Source of the DNA: a virus | Taxonomy: Duplodnaviria > Caudoviricetes | Length of the DNA: 53,651 nt | IMG/VR virus record: IMGVR_UViG_3300025417_000028 | Location: 1 to 53,651 of that record | Reading direction: 5' to 3' (one strand) | Shown: in pieces, positions 28,295 to 37,098 of the stretch | How the letters are laid out: the number at the start of each line of letters is the position of its first letter | Numbering within the stretch: the first letter of the stretch is position 1 | Program-made: the position numbers and the translations under genes | The notes under the pieces: model-generated | What the model saw: only the letters and a program-made list of their open reading frames with translations | Told to the model about the DNA's origin: nothing | The model's database searches: none

Positions 28295-28336
28295 AAAACA
28301 CTCCTTGAAGTGTTTATTTTCTTCAAGGAGTGTTTT
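28295..28336 (-). terminator. 16-bp perfect hairpin terminator
   Basis: aaaacactccttgaag-10 nt-cttcaaggagtgtttt. Confidence 0.85.
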
Positions 28337-28343
28337 AACCTGC

Positions 28344-28538
28344 TTACTTTGCGAAGCGAACATTCAGAATACCAGTGCCAGTAGGCTGGATAGTAATATT
28401 GAGAGCTAGAACATTGGAGAAGGACTCACCTTGTGGGAGAGTAACAACACCGCTGAGAGCTGCAACAATAGCGTGAACATCTTCGGTTGTAAGAGCCGCG
28501 TTAGCAGTAACGGGCTGTGTTTGAAGTTGAATTGCCAT
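28344..28538 (-). CDS. small hypothetical protein (64 aa)
   Basis: ORF with long leader and its own terminator. Confidence 0.65.
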   Translation of the reverse strand: MAIQLQTQPVTANAALTTEDVHAIVAALSGVVTLPQGESFSNVLALNITIQPTGTGILNVRFAK

Positions 28539-28677
28539 AATTTTGTTTTATGTTTGATTGAGTACTGTCAATCGCAGAATCTCTTAGCAATTCCCTCCAT
28601 CTATACACTATCAAGTTGTGGACAGGCTTTGGGTATTTGTTTATCAAGGTAAAGTTATTTATTCTCTTTTTTAAAAA

Positions 28678-28917
28678 TTACCACTTAGGAGGAGTATGAG
28701 GGCAATGAGCTGAACGGAAACCTGTCTTAACGTTCATGTTACAACCACAAATTAAACACTTTCCATTATCATAATAAGCACAGCCCATACAGATGTTAAG
28801 TCTTCTAACTTGCTCATCTCCACTAACTGGCTCCTGACCTTGGACTATTGCTTTTGTTTCTTCCATAATTGCTTTTCCCAAGTTAGCTATTTTTGTAGGT
28901 AAGTTTGGTTCTTCCAT
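28678..28917 (-). CDS. small Cys-rich protein (DUF6171-like)
   Basis: RLNICMGC...CLICGC...K...AHCP...KW. Confidence 0.7.
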   Translation of the reverse strand: MEEPNLPTKIANLGKAIMEETKAIVQGQEPVSGDEQVRRLNICMGCAYYDNGKCLICGCNMNVKTGFRSAHCPHTPPKW

Positions 28918-28930
28918 ATTACTATTTTAC

Positions 28931-30514
28931 CTACCCTACATGAATTATCAATGGAAAGTTAGTATTTTTTGCAAGTAATACATTTCTAATACTCGGTGTA
29001 TTCAGATTAGAAGGTATAGGTAATGCCCCTACCTTATAAGAAACAAGTACAGAAGGTTGTATTGCACTACCAGTACTAAGAGGTATTTCGTATCCATGAC
29101 CATTATTATATAGTTTAACAATATCTCCATTTTTTATTTTTCTATTCCAAATAGCAACTTCATCTACTAATCCATTAAATGTTCCGTTTGTACCGTCCCA
29201 ACTCGTTCCCATATAAAACCCATCGTAACTAAAATTAATTAAAGTTCCTAATCCTTGAGAGTGAGTAAGTTCTCCATCAATGTAAAAATTAATAATTCCA
29301 CTTGCAACATTAACACATATATGATGCCAAGAATTTAATGTATATGTTCCACCTATAATTTGACCTACACTTGCTCCGTTAGTATAAAGTGAAAGTTGTC
29401 CATTTATTGCCCAAATTGCTGTACTATTTACTGGATCGAATTGATCAATTTTATTTGAAAAGACTGCTGGGTTTGTTGCTGAAGTCCCATAGTCATAAAT
29501 CCAAAATGATATAGAAAAATCATTTGTTCCAAAATTAAATTGACTTCCGCTTAAAGATAAATATTTAGAATTATCACCATCAAAAGATGCCCCTCCATTT
29601 AATATACCAGTAGTGGTTGTTACTCCACCATTATTTATTAATGTGTTGTTATTTCGTGATGAATCAGCCCAACTAGAGTCATCTAGTTTCCAATAAGCTA
29701 AAAGTCCGTTTTTTAAATTTGTATAAAAAAGAATTAAAGATCTACTTGTACAATTGTTATTATAGTCTTTGTATAAACATCCAATAAGATCTTCACCACA
29801 AGCGTTTGCTATATCTGTACAAGTTCCTGTAAATCCATCACAGAGGTTATTACCAAAAAAGTCTATACCTTCAACATTAGAACAGCAATTGTTTCCAAAA
29901 TAATCGGTATTTAAAACAATCCCACAAGTTCCACCACAACAATCCCCAAAACAACTACCGCCACAGATACCACAGCTATCATTACCACCTATATAGTTTC
30001 CAGAACAATCATGACAAGAATCTATTGAATATGTGCAACTTCCATCGTCACATGAACCAAATCCACCAGTTACGGGTTCATTATTACAAGCAGATCCGTT
30101 TGAACATCCTAAACCATAAGTGCAGCAATAACCAGCACAATCCGATCCTTGTAATGCACAACTATTTCCGTTATCATCATATAAAGTATTTCCATCTTCA
30201 TTACTTGGGGAATATATATTTCCACAACGGTCTATGGTAGGATAATCCCCAAAACAATATCCAAGAACATCTAGATCCTCTGCTGTACAAGGAGTCCCGT
30301 TAGGATCTATTTCTGGATAACAATAAGTCGATAGAGAATATTGATTTTGACAAATACCATTAGTACCAGTAAAACAACAAAATGGGCCGAGTGTAATACA
30401 ATCATTTTCACAAAAGCCTCCAAAAGAATCTGGTATAACTTCCCCATTACAGTAACCGAAATCATTTAATAGACTACAATCACATGTTATATTATTTGGA
30501 TCTGTGCAGTCCAT
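28931..30514 (-). CDS. Cys-rich repeat + LamG/concanavalin-A domain protein
   Basis: GLLAYWKLD, ASFDG, FSISFW, WHHICV, FYIDG, FNGLVDEVAIWNR, LYNNG; Cys-rich N-terminal half. Confidence 0.85.
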   Translation of the reverse strand: MDCTDPNNITCDCSLLNDFGYCNGEVIPDSFGGFCENDCITLGPFCCFTGTNGICQNQYSLSTYCYPEIDPNGTPCTAEDLDVLGYCFGDYPTIDRCGNIYSPSNEDGNTLYDDNGNSCALQGSDCAGYCCTYGLGCSNGSACNNEPVTGGFGSCDDGSCTYSIDSCHDCSGNYIGGNDSCGICGGSCFGDCCGGTCGIVLNTDYFGNNCCSNVEGIDFFGNNLCDGFTGTCTDIANACGEDLIGCLYKDYNNNCTSRSLILFYTNLKNGLLAYWKLDDSSWADSSRNNNTLINNGGVTTTTGILNGGASFDGDNSKYLSLSGSQFNFGTNDFSISFWIYDYGTSATNPAVFSNKIDQFDPVNSTAIWAINGQLSLYTNGASVGQIIGGTYTLNSWHHICVNVASGIINFYIDGELTHSQGLGTLINFSYDGFYMGTSWDGTNGTFNGLVDEVAIWNRKIKNGDIVKLYNNGHGYEIPLSTGSAIQPSVLVSYKVGALPIPSNLNTPSIRNVLLAKNTNFPLIIHVG

Positions 30515-30528
30515 TTACACAATCTCCT

Positions 30529-30804
30529 TTATAATATCTGCTGAATGTTTGTCAGATAATTGTTACCATCGTATGTACAAGAAAGAGTTGCAACAATTGT
30601 TCCGTTTAAAGAATAGTCATATTGCAAAGGATTTCCATTACCATCATTTGTAATGGCTATATTATCAAACTCAGGAATTTGCCAAGTACCTGTCTGATAA
30701 GTTACTTGTGCAAATAGAGGAAGAGTGCTATCTACTTCAACAAACGAGTGATCTCTTGGTGCAGCTGTTTCATGAGCTGATAATGGAAGAAACGTGAAAG
30801 ACAT
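30529..30804 (-). CDS. small virion-type protein (91 aa)
   Basis: YDGNNYLTNI beta-type end; TAAATA 7 nt before ATG. Confidence 0.65.
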   Translation of the reverse strand: MSFTFLPLSAHETAAPRDHSFVEVDSTLPLFAQVTYQTGTWQIPEFDNIAITNDGNGNPLQYDYSLNGTIVATLSCTYDGNNYLTNIQQIL

Positions 30805-30814
30805 ATAATCTTAT

Positions 30815-31024
30815 TTATGCTTTCGGTACAGTAATAATAGTAAATCTGTATGGTGTTAAATTATGAAACGTATGACCTGGCTCCCCAAACATTTCTTTTT
30901 TTGCACTAACTATTAATTTCTTTTTGCTAAGCCTCTCAACCGCCTTTCGAAGTTCTTTTTCAGCTACTTCTTCGCTTGGACAGAAAGCCGACCAGCATTC
31001 TTTATTGTGATCGGGTGACGTCAT
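30815..31024 (-). CDS. hypothetical protein (69 aa)
   Basis: TAAATA 5 nt before ATG. Confidence 0.6.
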   Translation of the reverse strand: MTSPDHNKECWSAFCPSEEVAEKELRKAVERLSKKKLIVSAKKEMFGEPGHTFHNLTPYRFTIITVPKA

Positions 31025-31081
31025 GAAAGTATTTATTTAAAAATACTTTATTAATAACCATAAAGACTTTTGATTGGTGTA

Positions 31082-31738
31082 TTATTTAACTATTAGAATA
31101 CCTAAGTCGTCCTTATACAAGATTTCGTCGTGAGTTATATGAAAAGACTCCCAAATTTCTAGTCTCTGTTCTAAAGTAAATTTTCGCAGATGAGATGTAA
31201 AACCTCCTAGTATTAGTTCTTTATAAAAAGAAGTTTTCAAAGGAAACTCTAAAGTTTCTTTGTATGAATGAGTTTCTCTACCTAGCTCTTTAAATGTATC
31301 TTCAATAGCTTTAATGCATAGAGGAGAATTACTCCATCTCTCTTCGCTTGATTCCCAAGAAGGTTTTGGAGCTTGAAGAATAACAATTGTTGAATGAGGA
31401 TACTTCTCAAGAACTTTCCATACATCTGGTATTAAATGAAACGATTGCTTGAAGAAAATAATATCAGGAGATGGTCCTCTGTAATTTTCAAAACCTGTAT
31501 TATAAAAATGTAAATCGCAAGCTGTTCTATAATCGTCATTATCCAAAGCTAAAAGTGTTTCACATTGAGATTTGAAACAGCAAGTAAATTCAGCTGTTCC
31601 ACAACCTACATCAAGGATAGTTTTTGCAGGTAACAATTCTAACGAATTTAACAAATGAATGACTTTGTTACCCCACTGATATTCTCTATTTGTTTGTTTA
31701 CAGAAATCTCTCCAGAGATTCCAGGTGGTGTTTTCCAT
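31082..31738 (-). CDS. class I SAM-dependent methyltransferase
   Basis: ILDVGCGTAEF motif I, ALD, DIIFFKQSFHLI. Confidence 0.85.
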   Translation of the reverse strand: MENTTWNLWRDFCKQTNREYQWGNKVIHLLNSLELLPAKTILDVGCGTAEFTCCFKSQCETLLALDNDDYRTACDLHFYNTGFENYRGPSPDIIFFKQSFHLIPDVWKVLEKYPHSTIVILQAPKPSWESSEERWSNSPLCIKAIEDTFKELGRETHSYKETLEFPLKTSFYKELILGGFTSHLRKFTLEQRLEIWESFHITHDEILYKDDLGILIVK

Positions 31739-31774
31739 TCAAATACTTATCAAAAAAACAGAGTTTTGAACGTA

Positions 31775-31975
31775 CTAGGCTTTGTGATGCGAGCGTTTGT
31801 ACCACTTGCACCAACCGTTTGGATCGATATAACCGTTCACTGCTGTGCACTTATTTGGCTCTCTCCACATAGTACAATGCTTACAAATTTGACCATCAAC
31901 AGGATGAGCTACATATTCAGCTTTAGCTTTACTATATTTCTTTTCTTCGTTTAGAAAAAACTGTTTGAAGTTCAC
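31775..31975 (-). CDS. HiPIP-like high-potential [4Fe-4S] protein
   Basis: Y..HP..GQI-CKHC-x8-C-TAVNGYIDPNGW-C-KWY. Confidence 0.8.
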   Translation of the reverse strand: MNFKQFFLNEEKKYSKAKAEYVAHPVDGQICKHCTMWREPNKCTAVNGYIDPNGWCKWYKRSHHKA

Positions 31976-31983
31976 AGAGTTAA

Positions 31984-33036
31984 TTATATGCTGTAGCCAG
32001 GAAGCTCATGACCTACTACATCTTGTAGCTTATCTTTTACAAGATTGAAACCAGACATAATTGTTTGTTTGTCTTTGTTAGCTTTTTCTTCAGAAGCTTT
32101 ATCTCTCTTTGAGCTTCCAAGATTGATATCAACTTTCTCTTTGTAAAGAGAAAAGAACTTGTTTAAGAAAGCTTCTTTGTCTGGATATGCTTGAAGTGTA
32201 CCTTTACCAAACATATCGTTCTGTTCAAAACTTGTTACTAGACCGTGAAGTCCTTTTACAAGATGATCAATCGTAACCTCTTCTGCCTTGTTTGCGAGTA
32301 CACCAGGATTAGAAATTAATTCGTTGGAAGGCTTTGCTTCTTCTTTTTGATTTACAACTGCTTCATGCTTAAAGACATCAAGAATAAATGTCTTAATGTT
32401 TGTAGTAACTGTTTTTAGTTCGTAGATTCCTCTCGTAGAACCAAAAGGTAATCTACTATTGTCTTTGAGTTTATACTGAACTCCAGCATGCTGAATACTC
32501 ATATTGAGAAGTTCTCCAAGAACACTGAACATATTACCATACAAAAGACCTTTCAGTCCTTGCTGAGGAGTCGTTCTCCATTTGCCCCATTCAGCTAATG
32601 GTTCAGGATGAATGATTAAATCTACTTGTACGTAGTCGTTTTCTCCAATCTGAAAAAGAGGATGTCCAGGCTTATTTGCTACAATACCTTGTGGCTGTTT
32701 AGCTTTAATGAAATCATCTATAAGTTTCCACCAGGAAGTCTGCAATGAAGAAGACGTTTTATTATCTCCAGCTGGAACGGTAACTTGCAAATCCAAGTCT
32801 CCGTAAGTTTTGTCTGCTTTATCTTTTTCGTAGTGGGCTGTACTTCCAAGAGGAGCTCCCATCTTAATTGTCGAGATATTATTCTCTTTAGCAAACTGAT
32901 TAAATTGATCAATAAAATTTGATACCTTTGGAAGTACCGTTTTAACAACTTCGGGTGTGATGACCGTATTTTGAGTCAGAGGAGAATCATAACCTCCTTC
33001 TGACAGAACCTCATAGTACTTTTTAAAAGAAAACAT
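31984..33036 (-). CDS. Pol-beta-like nucleotidyltransferase
   Basis: LGST...YGDLDLQV...VQVDLI (GS, DxD, third Asp). Confidence 0.75.
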   Translation of the reverse strand: MFSFKKYYEVLSEGGYDSPLTQNTVITPEVVKTVLPKVSNFIDQFNQFAKENNISTIKMGAPLGSTAHYEKDKADKTYGDLDLQVTVPAGDNKTSSSLQTSWWKLIDDFIKAKQPQGIVANKPGHPLFQIGENDYVQVDLIIHPEPLAEWGKWRTTPQQGLKGLLYGNMFSVLGELLNMSIQHAGVQYKLKDNSRLPFGSTRGIYELKTVTTNIKTFILDVFKHEAVVNQKEEAKPSNELISNPGVLANKAEEVTIDHLVKGLHGLVTSFEQNDMFGKGTLQAYPDKEAFLNKFFSLYKEKVDINLGSSKRDKASEEKANKDKQTIMSGFNLVKDKLQDVVGHELPGYSI

Positions 33037-33048
33037 AAAAGTATTTAA

Positions 33049-33065
33049 TGCTCCTGGTGCTCAAC
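33049..33065. repeat. inverted repeat arm downstream of hsp20 (pairs with 33624-33639)
   Basis: tgctcctggtgctcaac versus gttgagcaccagagca: 16 bp with one bulge. Confidence 0.8.
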
Positions 33066-33085
33066 ACAAGAGCTAAGAAAAACTC

Positions 33086-33568
33086 TTAGTCAACCTTAAC
33101 GTCTATGTTTAAGACCTCCGGTTGTTTTACAGGGACTTTGACTCGCAATAAACCGTCCGTGTATGTTGATGAGATTTTTTTGATATCCGAGTGCTCGCTA
33201 AGTGTGAAGGACAATTGTCCCTTCCTCTTACTGATACCCTTACGGAGGAATTGAACAGTTTCATCAAACTCTTCTTCTTCCTTACTAACGTTAATGACGA
33301 GTTTATTCTCCTTCACGTTGACGTTAATATTCTCTTTACCTACACCTGCTAGTGCTACCTCAATGTGATAAACACGAGGAGTACCTTCAGGGTCTGTTTC
33401 TGCTACGATGTTGTAGGGATAAACTGCATTCGGAACATCGAATGCCTTATCTATATCCTTGAATACATCACTGAACCAACTGTCATTAAACAGGGCTGGT
33501 AGTTGGTGTAAACCAGTTCCTGTTGCAGGGATGAGCCTGCCTACTGTATATGTGTTGTTTGTTGTCAT
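33086..33568 (-). CDS. hsp20: small heat-shock protein (Hsp20/alpha-crystallin)
   Basis: YPYNI, IEVALAG, FLRKGISKR, YTDGLLRVKVP. Confidence 0.92.
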   Translation of the reverse strand: MTTNNTYTVGRLIPATGTGLHQLPALFNDSWFSDVFKDIDKAFDVPNAVYPYNIVAETDPEGTPRVYHIEVALAGVGKENINVNVKENKLVINVSKEEEEFDETVQFLRKGISKRKGQLSFTLSEHSDIKKISSTYTDGLLRVKVPVKQPEVLNIDVKVD

Positions 33569-33576
33569 ATTTTGTT

Positions 33577-33595
33577 CTCCTTATTGTTAAGCGAG
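33577..33595 (-). promoter_or_regulatory. ROSE-like RNA thermometer hairpin sequestering the hsp20 Shine-Dalgarno
   Basis: CUCGCUUA-acaa-UAAGGAG: UCGCU with bulged G opposite AAGGAG, 8 nt before AUG. Confidence 0.7.
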
Positions 33596-33623
33596 TTTGT
33601 TAATATGTTTTGCCTCGATCTCG

Positions 33624-33639
33624 GTTGAGCACCAGAGCA
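33624..33639. repeat. inverted repeat arm at the predicted hsp20 transcript 5' end
   Basis: starts 4 nt after the TAAGTA box (33644-33649); complementary to 33049-33065. Confidence 0.8.
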
Positions 33640-33674
33640 AATATACTTATCCCACAGTTTATAAATTAGTCTAC

Positions 33675-33707
33675 AAAAAAAGCCTCAGAAGTTTCCCTCT
33701 GAGGCTT
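33675..33707 (-). terminator. intrinsic terminator
   Basis: aagcctcaga-loop-tctgaggctt with a T tract on the minus strand. Confidence 0.85.
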
Positions 33708-33726
33708 GTGATTTTTTAGCAAAAGA

Positions 33727-33945
33727 TTACTTTGAATCTATGAAAGCATAAAGCTCTTCTGCTCTAGAAATAATGTCAGATGTCTTAGGAAACGTATCCT
33801 TAATAATCTGCTCATATTCTTCGATACTCAGGTTTGTATCTCCAATTCTCTTTTGATTAAGAGAATGAAACTTTCCCCAAGCATCGTTGTGTGCCATTTG
33901 AAGCACGTCGAGACGAATCTCGTAAGCGTTTTTGCTGTGTGTCAT
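33727..33945 (-). CDS. conserved small T4-like phage protein
   Basis: KNAYEIRLDVLQMA...IISRAEELYAFI. Confidence 0.75.
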   Translation of the reverse strand: MTHSKNAYEIRLDVLQMAHNDAWGKFHSLNQKRIGDTNLSIEEYEQIIKDTFPKTSDIISRAEELYAFIDSK

Positions 33946-34016
33946 GTGTGTATAATGCGTAGTTTAAAGTACGCTGCTCCTTTCTTGTATTATTTAAATA
34001 GACATTTACGAAATGT

Positions 34017-34625
34017 CTACTCATTAAACTTTCCACTTTTAGTATAATTTTCAGCAGCCCATAACGGTTGCAAGTTAGTTATATGATTCATTAAATGTAA
34101 TTCGTGTTCTTTGAATGAACTAATAGGACGAATGTGATCTATATGCCAACCGTGTATACTATGGTTTTCCCAATTCATTCCTTCTGTCCAAAGAGATTCA
34201 ATGTGAGCTTTGGCTTCTTGAAATGAACACCCTAAAAGAGTTTGAGTCTCAAAAGTTTTATTTTTTCCTATTCGTTTAAAAGCGTTTAATACTGCTAATC
34301 TAAATTTATCTTGTATTTTAAATAACTGATCGGTTTTTAATCTATTTTGTCTATAGTTTCTTCTATAAACTCGTAAAATTTCTTTATTTTTTTCTCTATA
34401 TTCTTTTTGGTATAAACTAAGATTAGTTCTATTTTCTTTTCCGTATTGTTTTTGATACAAAAGGTTAGTTTCTTTATTCTTTTCTTTCCAACGTTTATAA
34501 CGTATTGCTGATAGCTCTTTAGCTCTCTGAGAGCTTCTATATTTTTTTTCTCTAGCTAACGCAACTTCTTTGTTTTTGTCCCTATAACTAGATAGTTTGT
34601 TTGAGATTTGATCAACGGTATTCAT
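34017..34625 (-). mobile_element. free-standing HNH homing endonuclease
   Basis: LLGCS...GMNWENH...WHIDHIRPISSF...NLQPLWAAEN; basic repeats at the N-terminus; AT-rich. Confidence 0.85.
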
Positions 34626-34657
34626 AAGCAAAACTCTGATCCTGGGATACTTGAGTT

Positions 34658-36307
34658 TTAGGCTTCACAACTTGCACAACTTAAAATTGATCTTGCAAGT
34701 TCCTGAGCAGGATTAGAACTTCTCTGATAATATAGACTCTTAATTCCTTGCTCCCACGCAAAAATCATAAGCTCACTAACTTCCTTGGGTTTAGTTTCGT
34801 GTGGAATCATTACATTCAAAGACTGACCCTGATCGATGTACTTTTGACGACCAGCAGCTTGAATGATAATTTCCTTCTGGCTGATTTCTCCAAAGGTTTT
34901 GAAAACGTCTTTCTCTTCTTGGGCTAAAAAGTCGAGACGTTGTACGGAGCCACCCGATACAAGAATTGCCTTCCATGTATCATCATCGTCTTTTCCTTTC
35001 TCTTTAAGAAGTTTCTTGAGGTAAGGATTCTTATAAGTGAACTTGCCTTTTGCTAAGGCCTTAACGTAGTAGCAACTATTCTCAGGCTCAATGGATGGAG
35101 ATACTTGGCCAAGAATGAAAGCACTGGAAGTAGTTGGAGCCACTGCTAATGTAGTAGTGTTTCTACGTCCGTATCCTTCGAGCAACGGTGGTTCTCCAAA
35201 GATCTTAGCAAGTTCCTCAGAAGCCTTGTCAGCTCGTTCTCTGATAGTCTTCCAGATAGTTCCATTAAGCAACTTTGCTTGCATTGATTCAAAAGCAACC
35301 ATCTTAGATTGAAGAAGAGAATGCCATCCAAGTACACCTACACCAAGTGCTCTCTGGTTAATAGCGAACTTTCTAGGAGCTTCCATATATTTTGCTCCTT
35401 CTGTCTTATTAATAAATTCTGTCATTACTGCATCAAGAAAGTATACAAGTGTTTCAACTGCATCTGTGTCTTTCCACTCTTCCCAGCGTTCAAGGTTGAG
35501 AGAAGAGAGATCACAAACAAATGACTCATCTTCACTATTACTCAAGAAAATTTCTGAACAAAGATTGCTATTGTTAATCTTGAGACCTTTATCTTTATAA
35601 ACCTGAGGAGCTTGATTGTTAGCATTATCACTAAAGAAGAGATAAGGATAGCCAGACTCAAAACGCTTCTTGATAACTAGACCCCAGATCTTTCTCTTAT
35701 CCTTATCTCCTTCAATCATGGACTTCATCCACTCATCAGAAATACAGACACCAATTGATAGATCCTGAATATCGTTACCTTCAGAACGAATCTGAAGAAA
35801 TTCTTCAATATCAGGGTGATCGACAGGAAGATAGGCAGCAAAAGATCCACGACGAACATTACCTTGAGAGATGACATTCATCAGCTTATCAAACATCTCC
35901 ATAAAATGAACAGAGCCAGTTGATTCTCCACCAGATGAAATTGGAGTTCCTCTTCCACGAACTGCTCCAAAGTAAGCTGAAGTACCTCCTCCGTGCTTTG
36001 TCATTGTTCCTACTTCAGCGACCTTTGTAAGGATCGAATCCATGTTGTCTCCAACGTAGCTGCCAAAGCAAGAGATAGGAAGACCTCTTGTACGTCCAAA
36101 GTTACTCCACACTGGACTAGATAAACTATAAAAACCTTTATGAACATAGCTTTCAAACTTGTCAGCAAAGCCTTCAAGCTTTAGAAGCTTTTCAGCTGAG
36201 TCTGCAATGTCTCTGATACGTTGTTCGGCAGTTTCTCCTTCAAGAAGGTAACCACGTTCGAGGAACTTCCTCGAATCTTTATTAAGCCAATGGATGTGTT
36301 CGGTCAT
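34658..36307 (-). CDS. nrdA: ribonucleotide reductase alpha subunit, no ATP cone (NrdAi-like)
   Basis: PISCF, SNLCSEI, CDLSS, APTTSS, KSLYYQR, C-terminal CASC. Confidence 0.95.
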   Translation of the reverse strand: MTEHIHWLNKDSRKFLERGYLLEGETAEQRIRDIADSAEKLLKLEGFADKFESYVHKGFYSLSSPVWSNFGRTRGLPISCFGSYVGDNMDSILTKVAEVGTMTKHGGGTSAYFGAVRGRGTPISSGGESTGSVHFMEMFDKLMNVISQGNVRRGSFAAYLPVDHPDIEEFLQIRSEGNDIQDLSIGVCISDEWMKSMIEGDKDKRKIWGLVIKKRFESGYPYLFFSDNANNQAPQVYKDKGLKINNSNLCSEIFLSNSEDESFVCDLSSLNLERWEEWKDTDAVETLVYFLDAVMTEFINKTEGAKYMEAPRKFAINQRALGVGVLGWHSLLQSKMVAFESMQAKLLNGTIWKTIRERADKASEELAKIFGEPPLLEGYGRRNTTTLAVAPTTSSAFILGQVSPSIEPENSCYYVKALAKGKFTYKNPYLKKLLKEKGKDDDDTWKAILVSGGSVQRLDFLAQEEKDVFKTFGEISQKEIIIQAAGRQKYIDQGQSLNVMIPHETKPKEVSELMIFAWEQGIKSLYYQRSSNPAQELARSILSCASCEA

Positions 36308-36339
36308 GTTGTGTTATTTATTATAATTGAAATCTGTCT

Positions 36340-37056
36340 TTACTCAAGGATATTTCTTTGTTTTCTTTTAGCCCATGCTAGTTTCATTTTTTCTTTTGTT
36401 TCTTGGTTATGTTTTTTACCAAACATTCCATTGTTGGCTCCTTTACTTTTCTCTCTATGTTTTTGTCTAGTTTCTTCACTTATAGGGTTCAACTTATGGA
36501 CCTCTTTCATTTTTTCGGAATGAGTTTTTCTGTTTTCGTCTGTCCAATAAACAGCATTGCGTTGCTTTATTTGTTCTATTTGTTCTGCTGTATGCCATGT
36601 AGAGTATCTTTGTTTTCTGGTCGCATATGCTTTCTTATATACTTCTTTGTTCCTTGTCCTCTTTTCTCGATTTTGTTTTTCGATCGTTTCTTTGGTCTTT
36701 GGCTTTCTCATCTTTTGTTTTGTGGATTCTGATAGTTTATATCCACCTTTGTTTACAAAGTTTTTACCACCGTTGTGTTTATTAAAAAATCTTACGTTTT
36801 CTGCTGCATTTACTTTTAATAAAAACTTTGTTTCATACAATAGTGCTTCTTCTGGCGTTTCAAAGTGTTTTATTTTTATTATTTCAAAAGTGTGTAATCC
36901 ATTTTTTTGGATTAGTTCTTCAATGACTTTCGATGTAGTTTGATAACCTTTTTCTGTCATAAAATTGGAGGAATCAGCTTTTAAATTTATCTTACATCCT
37001 GCATAATATGTCTGACTAGGAATATATTTTATAATATAAAAATATGGTTTTTTCAT
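36340..37056 (-). mobile_element. free-standing Seg-like GIY-YIG endonuclease with NUMOD3 repeats
   Basis: PYFYII..YYAG..Y.T.S..EA..E..FFN; NNGMFGKKH..ETKEKMK. Confidence 0.8.
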
Positions 37057-37098
37057 ATCTTTATTTATACTACACGACCTATAGAATATAAGGAATCT

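Noticed and set aside
28614-28626. DnaA-box-like CTGTCCACA
   Set aside because: Single imperfect copy; no cluster indicating an origin.
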